64,000 nt of DNA from Candidatus Bathyarchaeota archaeon. GTDB lineage: Archaea > Thermoproteota > Bathyarchaeia > Bathyarchaeales > Bathycorpusculaceae. The position numbers and the translations under genes are program-made. Below are positions 1 through 10,172 of the stretch, piece after piece. Within the stretch, counting starts at the first letter, position 1. Each line of letters opens with the position of its first letter. The stretch is taken from positions 416,001 to 480,000 of the forward strand of contig CAWHXY010000004.1 in NCBI GenBank assembly GCA_963833575.1. Direction: 5' to 3'. A model generated the notes under the pieces. The model was given only the letters and a program-made list of their open reading frames with translations. It was not told the origin of the DNA and did not search any database.

Positions 1-288
1 CTTATTGCTTGACATTACTCTTGCTGCTTCTTTAAGCGAGGCATCTGGGCTAATTGTGATAAGCGACTTAGACATGACCTCGGAAATCTTGGTTTCCAAG
101 GGCAATTTTTTCGCCACAACTCTTCTGACGATATCTCTTTCAGTGACTATTCCAATAGTCTCTTCTCCATTAACGATAACTAAGCTACCAACCTGATTAG
201 AACTCATGAGATTTGCCGCTTCAAAAACACTAGCACTAGGACCTATTGAAACAACATTCTCCGTCATAATATCTTTAACTGTAGGCAT
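1..288 (-). CDS. CBS-domain protein (3' end outside the window)
   Basis: Manual translation from ATG at 288: MPTVKDIMTENVVSIGPSASVFEAANLMSSNQVGSLVIVNGEETIGIVTERDIVRR..., a typical tandem CBS pattern; open to the window edge. Confidence 0.9.
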   Translation of the reverse strand, partial: MPTVKDIMTENVVSIGPSASVFEAANLMSSNQVGSLVIVNGEETIGIVTERDIVRRVVAKKLPLETKISEVMSKSLITISPDASLKEAARVMSSNK

Positions 289-415
289 AATCTCTGTTAG
301 AAGAGGCGTACCTTAAAGATTTTTTGGAATAAACTAACTCAGCATTTAAGTAAAGGTACCGCAAACATTCAAATTCAGTGCAATCATAACAGATTAGAGA
401 CTGAGGAACAATCTT

Positions 416-1186
416 TTGACTGAAATAAATGCAGAATCAATTCCCCAAGCAGATGCCCCAAAGGAACTTGAACCCCAAACAGCTGATAACCAACTCAGAA
501 GAGAAACCATAGTTCCAAGAAAGACCATTGTTTACGAGACTCGCGTAGACTCTACGGTAATAAGGTTAGCCGGTGAGAAAGTAAAACAGCAACCATTTAC
601 CAAGTTTGGTTTATTAAAACCCAAGCCGGAAGAAATCCAATTTGTCTCTCTCGAAAAATATTATCAACCCTTCATTGTGATTAATGGAAAATACTCGATT
701 GATTATTACCGCCAATGCACCTACGAAGTAAAAGTTGATAGCGCAGTCAAAGAAGTCGTTCTATTAAACAACAAATTTTTGCCTGAACGCGGTAAAGAGG
801 GTTCATACGGCACCAATAATCGGATCAAGCTAGAAGGAGAAGAACGCATAGTCAACGAGGCAAAAGCTTTTCTAGTCCTAAACAGTCAAGGCCAAGACAC
901 ACCTCCAAAAAATTTGCCTGCTGCCCCCTCAGAAAAAAATCCCCAAGAAATAATTGAACAAAACGGCTTAAAGCAATTCGACGAAAACATCGATGTAGAT
1001 TTCCTTAAACAAAGAATAATTAAACGCCCTAGTAACGTAAGCAGAATTGTTAGTGAGAATTTTGAAGTAACAGAACGCTCCATAATTTACGCTCCCAGAT
1101 ACAAACTAAAATATGTAAATTCTAAGAACAGCAAAGAAAAAACAGTAGAGTTTGACGCAGTTACATCTGAAAAAATCCATGCATAA
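416..1186 (+). CDS. Conserved hypothetical protein
   Basis: 256-aa ORF with normal composition; no recognised catalytic motif. Confidence 0.75.
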   Translation: MTEINAESIPQADAPKELEPQTADNQLRRETIVPRKTIVYETRVDSTVIRLAGEKVKQQPFTKFGLLKPKPEEIQFVSLEKYYQPFIVINGKYSIDYYRQCTYEVKVDSAVKEVVLLNNKFLPERGKEGSYGTNNRIKLEGEERIVNEAKAFLVLNSQGQDTPPKNLPAAPSEKNPQEIIEQNGLKQFDENIDVDFLKQRIIKRPSNVSRIVSENFEVTERSIIYAPRYKLKYVNSKNSKEKTVEFDAVTSEKIHA

Positions 1187-1298
1187 GTTTGCGGTCTTGC
1201 AAGAGAATGTTCGCCGTCTCGAGAGACAAAACTACATAGAAATTAAATGATGTTTTGTTTTAGATCAAATTGACTGGGTAAACCTTAAGATTAATGAG

Positions 1299-1526
1299 TT
1301 ACTTTTTTACGATTGCCACCTTAATTTTTCCTACAATTGTTCCTACAGTTTCTTCGCAGACTTCTGGTTTCCAAGTGCAAATACCTTCAATTATCTCGTC
1401 AAGATAGTGAGCCAACTCTTCACTGGTAACGCCCTTACAACAATCAACTTTATACTCGATTTCTTCTTTGACCCGTTTTACCTTTATTTCTACCAATGTA
1501 TCCTTATCCATAAACTTAGGCCTCAA
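1299..1526 (-). CDS. Small hypothetical protein (start may be the internal MDKD ATG)
   Basis: 75-aa ORF with protein-like composition. Confidence 0.55.
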   Translation of the reverse strand: MRPKFMDKDTLVEIKVKRVKEEIEYKVDCCKGVTSEELAHYLDEIIEGICTWKPEVCEETVGTIVGKIKVAIVKK

Positions 1527-1810
1527 TACAATCTCAAGCGCTCCAAATTTAAAGTTTTACAATTCCGCATAAACCAATCGGAATCGTCCATTGACTGCTA
1601 AATCATTTCTGAAAAACTTAAAGTTTTCACGCTCATCTTTCGAATGACACTTTGCGCAAAGAAAAAGCTTGCCCGCCTTCTGAGCAAAAAAGATTACCTT
1701 CTATTCAGCTTGCTTATCAAGACCCAAAAGCTTGTTTCTTCTCTTAAATTCAAACTGACAATCGTTAAACAGTCTATTCTTTAAGCAATTGAAGCCATTT
1801 ACTTGATAGT

Positions 1811-2947
1811 TCAAAAAGTGTTATCTATTTTCCCATTTTTGTTATTATAAAGTTCTGATAATTTGACAAGTGTTTCTTTGTAAACTTGGATTGAATTCAG
1901 GTATTCGCTTATTTCAATGTGCTCGTCTAAAGTATGATCTAGGTGTGAGTCGCCTGGTCCATAAGTGACTATCGGCAGGTTCATGGCTTTACCCAAAATA
2001 TTCATGTCACCAGTTCCAGTTTTGTGCAAAAGCATCGCTGGTTTGTTTAGCACTTTTCTAACAGACGAAGATAATACATGCACAAGCGGCGAAGCTTTGT
2101 TAACTTCGAAGGGCTCAACAGTATCAAGTACGGTTGCTTTTACCGAAACCTTTGGATTAGCAACATGATACTTTGTAATTATCTTCTCTATCTGCTCGAA
2201 AACCTGAGCGGTGCTGAACTGTATTGGCACTCGAACGTCAAGAAACATCTCAACTTCAAATGGAACAACAGAGGTTGCCCTCCCACCCATGACCTTGACT
2301 AAGCATGCTGTAACAGCATTATACGGGCTTGCCGAAGGATCCAACGATGGATAGGAAGAGGCGTTTTTGATTTGGTCCCAAAGCTCATAAGCTTTCTCTA
2401 AGGCATTATCGTACATCCATGGAGTAGAAGAATGCCCTGTCTCGGTTTTACAAACGATTTTTAGTTGAATTTGACCTTTATAACCGATAGTTACATTCTC
2501 AACGCCACTGGGTTCACCAAAAATAGCGTAATCCGCTTTGATTCCCTGAGTAATAAGGTACTTGACGCCTCGGCTAGTGGCTTCTTCTTCTACAACGCTG
2601 GCAACCAAAATTTTGCCTTTAAACCCAGGCTCCTTAGCAGCCGCAACCGCAGCCATAATCATCGCAGCAAGCGGACCTTTCGCATCTACTGCACCCCTAG
2701 CAAAGATTTTACCTTCCTCAATGCGAAGCGGCAAATGCCCAGCCACCGTATCCATATGACCACAAAGAAGGATAACTGGTTGACCTTCACCTACAACGCC
2801 GATTACATTGCCTATGGCATCTTTTCCAACTTCAAAACCCATCTTTTTCATTTCATACTCTAAGAAATTGGCTGCATCAATTTCTTTTCCTGAAGGACTG
2901 TAAATGCCCAGAAGGTTAGTTAGGAACCGTATTGCTTGCTCGCTCAT
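1811..2947 (-). CDS. lysK: [LysW]-lysine/ornithine hydrolase (M20 family)
   Basis: CGHMDTV, RGAVDAKG, VEEE, GDSHLDHT M20 motifs; last gene of the lysW operon. Confidence 0.9.
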   Translation of the reverse strand: MSEQAIRFLTNLLGIYSPSGKEIDAANFLEYEMKKMGFEVGKDAIGNVIGVVGEGQPVILLCGHMDTVAGHLPLRIEEGKIFARGAVDAKGPLAAMIMAAVAAAKEPGFKGKILVASVVEEEATSRGVKYLITQGIKADYAIFGEPSGVENVTIGYKGQIQLKIVCKTETGHSSTPWMYDNALEKAYELWDQIKNASSYPSLDPSASPYNAVTACLVKVMGGRATSVVPFEVEMFLDVRVPIQFSTAQVFEQIEKIITKYHVANPKVSVKATVLDTVEPFEVNKASPLVHVLSSSVRKVLNKPAMLLHKTGTGDMNILGKAMNLPIVTYGPGDSHLDHTLDEHIEISEYLNSIQVYKETLVKLSELYNNKNGKIDNTF

Positions 2948-4127
2948 TTTCTTCTTCCCCTAAAACCTCATCCAGAACAGTGATTGCTCGATCAATTTGG
3001 TTCTTGTTAATAACTAAGGGCGGCAACAGTCGGACAACGGTTCTTCCAGCATCCAAAACTAAAACCCCCCTTTCCGCTGCTTTGAGAATTATGTTGTGAA
3101 CATCAAAACGTGATTCTATGCCAAGCATTAGACCTAGACCTCGAACTTCCTTGATGATTCTATGCTTAGACATCAAGCCTTCTAGCCGAGCTTTAAAGTA
3201 CTCACCCATGTCAGCAGCATGATCGGTGAGTTTTTCTTCCACAAGCGCATCTATTGCCGCACATCCAGCAGCACAAACCAATGGGCTCCCACTGAATGTA
3301 GTTGAGTGCTCGCCGATTTTAAGTGCTGACATAATGTTTTCTCTAGCTACGGTTATACCGATTGGTAGTCCACCTGCAAAAGGCTTCGCTAGACACATAA
3401 TGTCAGGAGTAACATCCCAGTTCTGGCACCCGAACAGTTTCCCAGTTCGCCCAAAACTTGTTTGCACCTCATCAAAGATTAACAAAACATTTTTTTCGTC
3501 ACAGATTTTCCGCACTAACTGCAAATAACCGTCCTGAGGAACTCGTACACCGCCTTCTCCTCGGATAGGCTCCATTAAGACTGCGGCTGTTTTGTCAGTT
3601 ATCGCTTCACGAATTTTATAGGCGTCATCTGGGGCAACATGTTTGAACTCAGGAACAAGAGGCATGAAAGGTTCACGATACTTCTTGTCCCACGTTGCTG
3701 ACAGTGCGCCCATGGTTTTACCGTGAAAAGCGCCCATTAAAGCGATAATCTCCGTTTTGCCCATGAATTTACGCGCAAGTTTTATTGCGCACTCGACAGA
3801 TTCTGCGCCGCTGTTCGAAAGAAACACTTTGTCCAATCCTTTAGGCATTATCTTAACAAGCTTCTCAACAAATTCTGCTCGTTTATCATTATAATAACTG
3901 CCATGACATGTGATAAGCTGCGTAGCTTGAGTCTGAACTGCCTCCACAACTTTTGGGTGGCAATGTCCCAACAAAGCAACACCATAACTAGTGGAACAAT
4001 CCAGGTATTCTTTCCCATTAATGTCCCAGACAATCGCGCCTTTACCTCTTGTAAGTACGACTGGTTTTTTGCTGAAAACATTCGCCATATAACGAGTTTC
4101 AATATCTATTATTTCTTTGTCATTCAC
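2916..4127 (-). CDS. lysJ: [LysW]-aminoadipate/glutamate semialdehyde aminotransferase (class III)
   Basis: FDEVQTSFGRTG and LAKPFAGG PLP motifs; operon context. Confidence 0.9.
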   Translation of the reverse strand: MNDKEIIDIETRYMANVFSKKPVVLTRGKGAIVWDINGKEYLDCSTSYGVALLGHCHPKVVEAVQTQATQLITCHGSYYNDKRAEFVEKLVKIMPKGLDKVFLSNSGAESVECAIKLARKFMGKTEIIALMGAFHGKTMGALSATWDKKYREPFMPLVPEFKHVAPDDAYKIREAITDKTAAVLMEPIRGEGGVRVPQDGYLQLVRKICDEKNVLLIFDEVQTSFGRTGKLFGCQNWDVTPDIMCLAKPFAGGLPIGITVARENIMSALKIGEHSTTFSGSPLVCAAGCAAIDALVEEKLTDHAADMGEYFKARLEGLMSKHRIIKEVRGLGLMLGIESRFDVHNIILKAAERGVLVLDAGRTVVRLLPPLVINKNQIDRAITVLDEVLGEEENERASNTVPN

Positions 4128-4929
4128 CAGTTATCACTGTACCAACCTTATGATCTAACGCGGAGCTAATAGGCTGATTGCCCGTACCCGCAGTAACTAA
4201 AACTTCCTTTACACCTTGTTCTAACGCTTCTATAGCTGCATGGACTTTAGTGCTCATGCCAGAACCGATGCTTGACATGACCTCTTTAACCTCTGTTACA
4301 CTAATTTTTGGAACGCACTCACCCTTGAACATTAAGCCCTGAACGTCAGTGAGCAGAATTAAACGATCCGCTTTAAGAGCGCCTGCAATGTTGGCGGCTG
4401 TTCGATCACCATCCACGTTTAGCGGCTCAAAATCTTGGCTAAGCGCGATAGGCGTAACAATCGGCACATAGCCTTTCTCAAGCAACAGATTAATCAGCCC
4501 AGAGTCAACTTGAGTTATTTTTCCTGTATAGCCGCCGTCGATTACCTTTTTTCGGCCCCGCTCGTCAACATGAATAAGCTTAGCTTTTCGGTCTCCTTTC
4601 AAAGTCGCTCCATCTAAGCCAGTTATTCCAACGGCCGAAATGCCTTGGCGTTGCAATTCGAGAACGATTTGCTTGTTGATTTTTCCGGCCATAACCATGG
4701 TGTAAATTTCTATGGTTTCTTTGTCAGTGTATCGACTTCTGAAACCTTCAGGAGAAATAATAAATTTTTGTTCCTTGCCCAACTTAGATGCGATTTCAGT
4801 AACTTCAACACCGCCACCATGGACAAGTATAACTTTGTTGGTTTTGGCAACTTCTTTTAGGTCAGCGACTAGTTCTTGAGATGCGCCTTCTTTGAGTATG
4901 CTTCCACCAATTTTTATTACGAGCAACAT
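4120..4929 (-). CDS. lysZ: [LysW]-aminoadipate/glutamate kinase
   Basis: VIKIGGS, VHGGG, LNVDGD motifs; start moved to the ATG at 4929. Confidence 0.9.
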   Translation of the reverse strand: MLLVIKIGGSILKEGASQELVADLKEVAKTNKVILVHGGGVEVTEIASKLGKEQKFIISPEGFRSRYTDKETIEIYTMVMAGKINKQIVLELQRQGISAVGITGLDGATLKGDRKAKLIHVDERGRKKVIDGGYTGKITQVDSGLINLLLEKGYVPIVTPIALSQDFEPLNVDGDRTAANIAGALKADRLILLTDVQGLMFKGECVPKISVTEVKEVMSSIGSGMSTKVHAAIEALEQGVKEVLVTAGTGNQPISSALDHKVGTVITGE

Positions 4930-4934
4930 GTTAG

Positions 4935-5990
4935 TCACATCGGATGAAAACCGGTACTTTTTAGCCCAGTTGTTTCGTCGATGCCAAGTTGAATGTTCAT
5001 GCATTGCACTGCTTGGCCTGCTGCCCCTTTGGTCATATTATCGATAGCTGAGAAGAGCAAAAGCCGGTTTGCATGTTCATCAACCTCAAAGCCGACATCG
5101 CAGAAATTTGTGCCCTGAGTCACTTTGGGATCAGGCAACTGGTAAGGTCCCTTTTGATATTTTACTAAGCGTACAAAGGGTTCATTGCCGTACATTGCGC
5201 GAAGTGCACGCCATATATCCTTGTTTTCGATCTTTTGTTTAGGAAAAGTGTGAATTGTTGCTAGGATTCCGCGAACCATGTTCACAGCGTGGGGTGTGAA
5301 CGAGATTTTCACTTGCTCACTAGTTAATGCGTTAAGTTCTTGTTCGACTTCTGCAATGTGGCGATGCCCAACAACTTGGTAGGGACGGACTCCGCTGAAT
5401 CGTTCAGGGTGATGTGATGATAGCGATGGTTTGCTGCCGCCTCCTGATGAACCCACTTTCAGATCGACTACGATTTTGTCTTTGTCAATCAGTCCAGCTT
5501 TAATTACCGGCGCTAAGCCAAGGATAGCCGATGTTGCCATGCAGCCTGGGCATGCAATTATCTTAGCTGTCTTGATTTCTTCTCGATGAATCTCAGGTAG
5601 GCCGTATGCTACATCTTTAAGCATTTCTGGATGCGCATGTTTCCAACCATAATAAGTTTCATAATCTGCTGGGTTTTTGAGGCGATAATCAGCGCTCATG
5701 TCAATTACTTTCAAACCAGCCTCCAAAAGTTTAGGAACCAAGTTAACCGAACCGCCGTGTGGAGTCGCAGTGAAGATTAAGTCGCAGTTTTTCTGCATCT
5801 CAACCATGTCTTGAGGAACAAATTTCAATTGAGTTACACTTCGCAGGTTCGGATGCACATTAAAAACGTATTCTCCTACGCTTTGACGCGAAGTAACCAT
5901 AGTTACATCTACTTGAGGATGCAAAAGCAGCAAACGCAAAAGTTCACTGCCAACATATCCCGAACCGCCAATTATTCCGATTCTCAACAT
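4935..5990 (-). CDS. lysY: [LysW]-aminoadipyl/glutamyl-phosphate reductase (ArgC family)
   Basis: GGSGYVG, ACPGC, DNMTKGAAGQA motifs. Confidence 0.9.
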   Translation of the reverse strand: MLRIGIIGGSGYVGSELLRLLLLHPQVDVTMVTSRQSVGEYVFNVHPNLRSVTQLKFVPQDMVEMQKNCDLIFTATPHGGSVNLVPKLLEAGLKVIDMSADYRLKNPADYETYYGWKHAHPEMLKDVAYGLPEIHREEIKTAKIIACPGCMATSAILGLAPVIKAGLIDKDKIVVDLKVGSSGGGSKPSLSSHHPERFSGVRPYQVVGHRHIAEVEQELNALTSEQVKISFTPHAVNMVRGILATIHTFPKQKIENKDIWRALRAMYGNEPFVRLVKYQKGPYQLPDPKVTQGTNFCDVGFEVDEHANRLLLFSAIDNMTKGAAGQAVQCMNIQLGIDETTGLKSTGFHPM

Positions 5991-6010
5991 TCTATTTACC
6001 TCTCTTTTAA

Positions 6011-7195
6011 TTAATGGTCAATTAAGCTCAGCGCACTCTTCAAGAGTGGAACAGCCACATTATACCCTGTTGCAAGCCGAGTGTTCTCCCAGAACTCTGG
6101 ACAAGAATTCGACTCATGAAACACCAAGGCACTCTTGTTTTTTTCTACGCTTTCTTCAATTACCTTTTTAATATTTTCGTAATTTACATTATTGGCATAG
6201 CTTTGAAACGCTTTTTCCAATTTGCTATTCCAGCCCTGAAAATCGGTAAGGCGAGTTTCATCCCGTTTAACCCTTTGAATAGGCAAAAATGCTTTCGCCG
6301 CCTTATCAAGTTCAGCCTTAAGATAAACGTCGTCAACCTGCTTATTTTCTTTAACATTGACCATTGCGTCTAGAGCAAAAATCCAAGCTTCACTACCTTT
6401 GCTTAGGCTTCTGCCACATTTTACTGATAAATCCTGAATGCTTTTAGGCAGTTTAGCACCGAAAACCAAGTTTCCCAAAAAAGTGTTGGTTCTAAAATCC
6501 TTAAACCCAGCTCTTGCCATCGCAATAGGATAGCAAAAGGGCTGTTTACCTTTTTCTTTGTGAACAATTATTCTTAAGTCATAAAACCATTTCTGAATCA
6601 ATTCCTGCGCGACAACGCCAACAGGGTTAATTATCGAAGGTTTTGTTTCCTGAATATTCGCGATGAGTTCTTCATTATTATTTGCCAACATGATCATTTT
6701 GCCATGTGTTCCAGCATCAGCCTTAATTACAATGCCGTCTGAAACAGGAATTTCTTGTTGGAAAAGTTCCGCTATGTCTTTTTCGTTGTGGATAACTTGC
6801 CCATTCTTCAAAGTGTCAGTTGAGTCACAAGGGATAAAAATGGTTTTTGGAATCGGTATTCCATCTTTCCAAAGGTTAAGCAATGTACGCAGTTTGCTGT
6901 AGCATACAAACTCGATTTGCGAATTGTTTATGGTTTTTTTGCCAAGCTGCTCTATTATATACGAGGCTTGGAGTCGACGGTTTTTGCTTTGCGCACGATT
7001 AAGCACAACAGAGGTCTCATTGATTATGGCTGTGTAGTCTTTACCTTTAGTTTTAGCGTTAAAGCCTGCTTTAGAAATAGAAAAAGCAATTTTTCTGAAG
7101 GGCAGAAAAGTTAAGTCGATACCTAATTGCTGAGCGGTTAGTTTTATGCCATTTTCGTCATTTTCTGACCGCTCATATAAAAGTGCTACGCTCAA
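6011..7195 (-). CDS. lysX: ATP-grasp LysW ligase, LysX/ArgX-like, atypically long
   Basis: SKLRT...GIPIPKT, QELI..YDLRI, FRTN, ESNSCPEF RimK/LysX-type motifs; directly downstream of lysW. Confidence 0.7.
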   Translation of the reverse strand: MSVALLYERSENDENGIKLTAQQLGIDLTFLPFRKIAFSISKAGFNAKTKGKDYTAIINETSVVLNRAQSKNRRLQASYIIEQLGKKTINNSQIEFVCYSKLRTLLNLWKDGIPIPKTIFIPCDSTDTLKNGQVIHNEKDIAELFQQEIPVSDGIVIKADAGTHGKMIMLANNNEELIANIQETKPSIINPVGVVAQELIQKWFYDLRIIVHKEKGKQPFCYPIAMARAGFKDFRTNTFLGNLVFGAKLPKSIQDLSVKCGRSLSKGSEAWIFALDAMVNVKENKQVDDVYLKAELDKAAKAFLPIQRVKRDETRLTDFQGWNSKLEKAFQSYANNVNYENIKKVIEESVEKNKSALVFHESNSCPEFWENTRLATGYNVAVPLLKSALSLIDH

Positions 7196-7268
7196 TGCTT
7201 TTCTGCTCCACTAAAAAAATTAATTCAAAAAACTGATTCAAATAATGAAGACGTGTAAGGGATACTGT

Positions 7269-7475
7269 CTATTCGCCCCAGTCTTCGCCTTCAATGGTTA
7301 ATTCTTGAAGGTCTACGCATCCGCCTTTTACTTGTTTTACTTCAAGTTCTAGTCCGCATCCAGGGCAGCTTAGGATTTCTCCTTTCTCTGTGTCTGATGG
7401 AACATCAAGGTCGGCGTCACAATCGGGGCATCTTGCCGTCACTTTTTGTGGATTTGAAATTGCTGGTTTAATCAT
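7269..7475 (-). CDS. lysW: Amino-group carrier protein LysW
   Basis: CPDC...CPGC zinc ribbon and C-terminal EDWGE. Confidence 0.95.
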   Translation of the reverse strand: MIKPAISNPQKVTARCPDCDADLDVPSDTEKGEILSCPGCGLELEVKQVKGGCVDLQELTIEGEDWGE

Positions 7476-7485
7476 TTTTTATTCG

Positions 7486-7542
7486 TCACTTTTGTTTTTT
7501 CGGAAATGTCTTTTTGATTAATTCCCAGTTTAATTTAAACAT
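7486..7542 (-). CDS. Putative Lys-rich leader peptide MFKLNWELIKKTFPKKQK
   Basis: Manual translation; 6 of 18 residues are Lys, 5 in the last 9; stop lies 10 nt before the lysW ATG. Confidence 0.45.
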   Translation of the reverse strand: MFKLNWELIKKTFPKKQK

Positions 7543-7720
7543 TGTGACTTATTTGTTACAACTTGAACTTTTAATGTTCCATTTGGTGCAGTCATTTAGC
7601 GCTCGGAAGAGTTGAAAACGTAAAACAAACAAGCAACCACAACGAAAAACGCAAAATAACTATAATCCTTATAAGGTAAAGTGGTAGATTTAATGAAATC
7701 AAAACAACTCGGCGAAAAAA

Positions 7721-8131
7721 ATGGACGATACAGATAGGCAAATAATCAAACTCTTAAAAGAAGATGCAAGAGCTGGGTACGGCGAGATAGGCAATAAAGT
7801 AGGCTTATCTGAAGGTGCCGTACGGAAAAGAATCAAAACATTAACAGATGAAGGAAACATACGCAAATTCACAATTAAAATCAGCGTTGCAGAAGGCGCC
7901 CAAGCAATAACATTGCTTGCAACCAACCCTGCTAACCCAACACAGGAAGTTTCAAAGAAAATCCAAGCAATCCCCAACGTTGAAACTACGTATGAAGTCA
8001 GCGGCGAATACGACATCGTTGCAGTAATCAGCGGAATGAACATGACCGAAGTAAACGAATGCATAGAAAAAATCCGTATGGTTGGAGGCATAGTGAAAAC
8101 CAACACTATGATCGTATTGCGTAGCTCTTGA
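7721..8131 (+). CDS. Lrp/AsnC family regulator (LysM-like)
   Basis: N-terminal HTH (LSEGAVRKRIKTL) and VSGEYD RAM motif; divergent from the lys operon. Confidence 0.9.
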   Translation: MDDTDRQIIKLLKEDARAGYGEIGNKVGLSEGAVRKRIKTLTDEGNIRKFTIKISVAEGAQAITLLATNPANPTQEVSKKIQAIPNVETTYEVSGEYDIVAVISGMNMTEVNECIEKIRMVGGIVKTNTMIVLRSS

Positions 8132-8137
8132 CTACGT

Positions 8138-8190
8138 TTCTTTTTTTTTAATTGAGGTTTTTTTCAATAAAAAGTTAGGATTTTTTTTTC
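8138..8190 (+). terminator. Oligo-T tracts after the Lrp gene
   Basis: Several T runs of up to 9 nt just after the stop codon, matching archaeal intrinsic terminators. Confidence 0.5.
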
Positions 8191-8252
8191 TGTCTATATC
8201 TGATTAAAGTCAATCAGAATGAAATTTTTCAGCGAAGTTATTCGCGCAAAAC

Positions 8253-8588
8253 TCAAAAAAACAAAGACGCTTTGTCAACGATTTCAACATATATTTTTCC
8301 ATTTTGTACTTCACATCGGTAACTTGCCAATATTATCAATTTGTTTTCAGAATACTGTCCATTTCTTATGTCAAACTTCCAACCGTGACATGGACACATA
8401 ACTAAGTATTCATTGAGGATGCCTTTTGCGAGGGAACAGCCTTCATGAGGGCAATCATTCGAAACCCCAAAGATTTTTCCCTCTTTTCGAACCAACAAAA
8501 TAGACCTACCCTTAACTCGGACAGATTTCATTTGACCTTCTCTTAATTCACTTTCTTTCAAACATGAAACAAAATTATCTAAAACCAC
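8253..8588 (-). CDS. Rieske [2Fe-2S] ferredoxin
   Basis: CPHEG...CPCHGWKFD motifs. Confidence 0.9.
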   Translation of the reverse strand: MVLDNFVSCLKESELREGQMKSVRVKGRSILLVRKEGKIFGVSNDCPHEGCSLAKGILNEYLVMCPCHGWKFDIRNGQYSENKLIILASYRCEVQNGKIYVEIVDKASLFF

Positions 8589-8756
8589 AAAATCAAATCC
8601 TTGACAATTAATTATTTCTCATCTAAAGATTATGGTCTTCCCAGACTTTAGTCTTTCTTGTGTTCACGTGCCCAACAGAAATACTAAACATCTAATGAAT
8701 CGTAAGGTTTAATATACATTGATAAACTTCAAATTCATAAAGGCGGAGAGAAAAAA

Positions 8757-9398
8757 ATGAATGAAAAATTGCAGGAGAGCGCCCAATACCTAAAGTACTG
8801 CAGCATTATCGAAAATGAAACTTTTAAGCTCTACGAAACCTTCTCCAAAAAAATCAATCAGCCTGAAAACAATTTCATCTTAGGACTGGCCTACGACAGC
8901 TTAAAAAATGCAAAAATTATCCAGGGAATACTTGACTCTTTTGACCAACCAGAAACGGAAAATAGAAATGATAAGAAGAACCTATTGGAACTAACTGCGG
9001 AGATTAAGAACCTCACAAAGAAGATCTCTAAAATCAATAATATGAATTACGTGATTTCATATGAGATTCTAAAAGAATTCATTAACCTCGAAGACCTTCT
9101 CAGCGAAATTTACACAAACTATTTGCAATCAAGTGGAACAAAAGTTTTGGCAGACGAATTGTCAAAAGCAGTCGCTGTAAACCTTGGAAATTTCAAGAAA
9201 GTATTTGAAAACTTTGTAGAAGAAAAAGGAAAACATAGAGAAACGCTCATCGAAATCATATATTGCCTTGAAGCAAAAGAAACAGAAATACATAGGCAAA
9301 TAACTCCAACAGTTAAATATCAAAACCCTAGCGCATGGAATCATGAATCCACACTTCATGCTTTCTCGAACGCACCAGTCAAAGAAACCAGTCAATAA
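8757..9398 (+). CDS. Hypothetical helical protein, possibly ferritin-like
   Basis: 213-aa helical ORF with E...Y and EExxH-like patterns. Confidence 0.6.
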   Translation: MNEKLQESAQYLKYCSIIENETFKLYETFSKKINQPENNFILGLAYDSLKNAKIIQGILDSFDQPETENRNDKKNLLELTAEIKNLTKKISKINNMNYVISYEILKEFINLEDLLSEIYTNYLQSSGTKVLADELSKAVAVNLGNFKKVFENFVEEKGKHRETLIEIIYCLEAKETEIHRQITPTVKYQNPSAWNHESTLHAFSNAPVKETSQ

Positions 9399-9488
9399 AT
9401 ACAAGTCACGCAGGCAGTAAGTAGAAAATTAAGCTGATACATCAACTATACCAAATAAGTTTGGGCTCAAAAACAAATTTTCTTTTTT

Positions 9489-9892
9489 TTATAGACTATT
9501 CTCAATTGAAACGAGTTTTAGAACTCTAGGTTCAATTTCATCTCTGATTTCCGCACCTCACCTATGGATTTGCCTTTCGGGTCGTCAAGTTCCCAATCAA
9601 TATTTTCTTTGAAGAAGGGACCGGGACAAAAATCAGAGGTCCCACAGCCCATAGTGACAATTAGATCAGCTTGGTTTGCCATTTCCTGTGTGAGCAGTTT
9701 AGGCTTATTTCGGGATATATCGATACCATTTTCGCTCATTGCATCCACGACAACTGGGTTGACTTGTGAGGCTAGCTTCATTCCTGCGCTCTGTGCAGTT
9801 AATTTTCCTTGACCATACTTGTTGGCGAAGGCTTCAGCCATTTGACTTCTGCCAGCGTTTTCAACGCAAACAAACAAGACTTTTTTCATCAT
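9489..9892 (-). pseudogene. arsC: Arsenate reductase ArsC (LMW-PTP fold), frameshifted near the 3' end
   Basis: FVCVENAGRSQMAEA motif; adding one A at 9548-9550 restores ...EVRKIRDEIEPRVLKLVSIENSL*. Confidence 0.75.
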
Positions 9893-10172
9893 TAACCACT
9901 TTTTGATTTTTCTTATTCTTAACCAAAAAGCAATTTACTAAACTAATCATAACGAGTAATCTTTATTAAAGAATTATCAAGGATCGCCATTATATTGATC
10001 AAAGGCGGTCTAATTTTTTTAAGCCAATTGTTGCTGCAGAAGGTAATTAACAAAATCTTTTGCTTTCATCGCATTGTTTTATCTTATAATTCACTTTAAG
10101 CAAACCCTCCCCTGATCAGTATAGTCGTTTCTTGACTGACCTTTTAACTCCATTGAACCATACCCTGCACAA

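Noticed and set aside
1650-1661. 12-bp palindrome ctttgcgcaaag
   Set aside because: Single occurrence with no linked regulator or second copy noticed.
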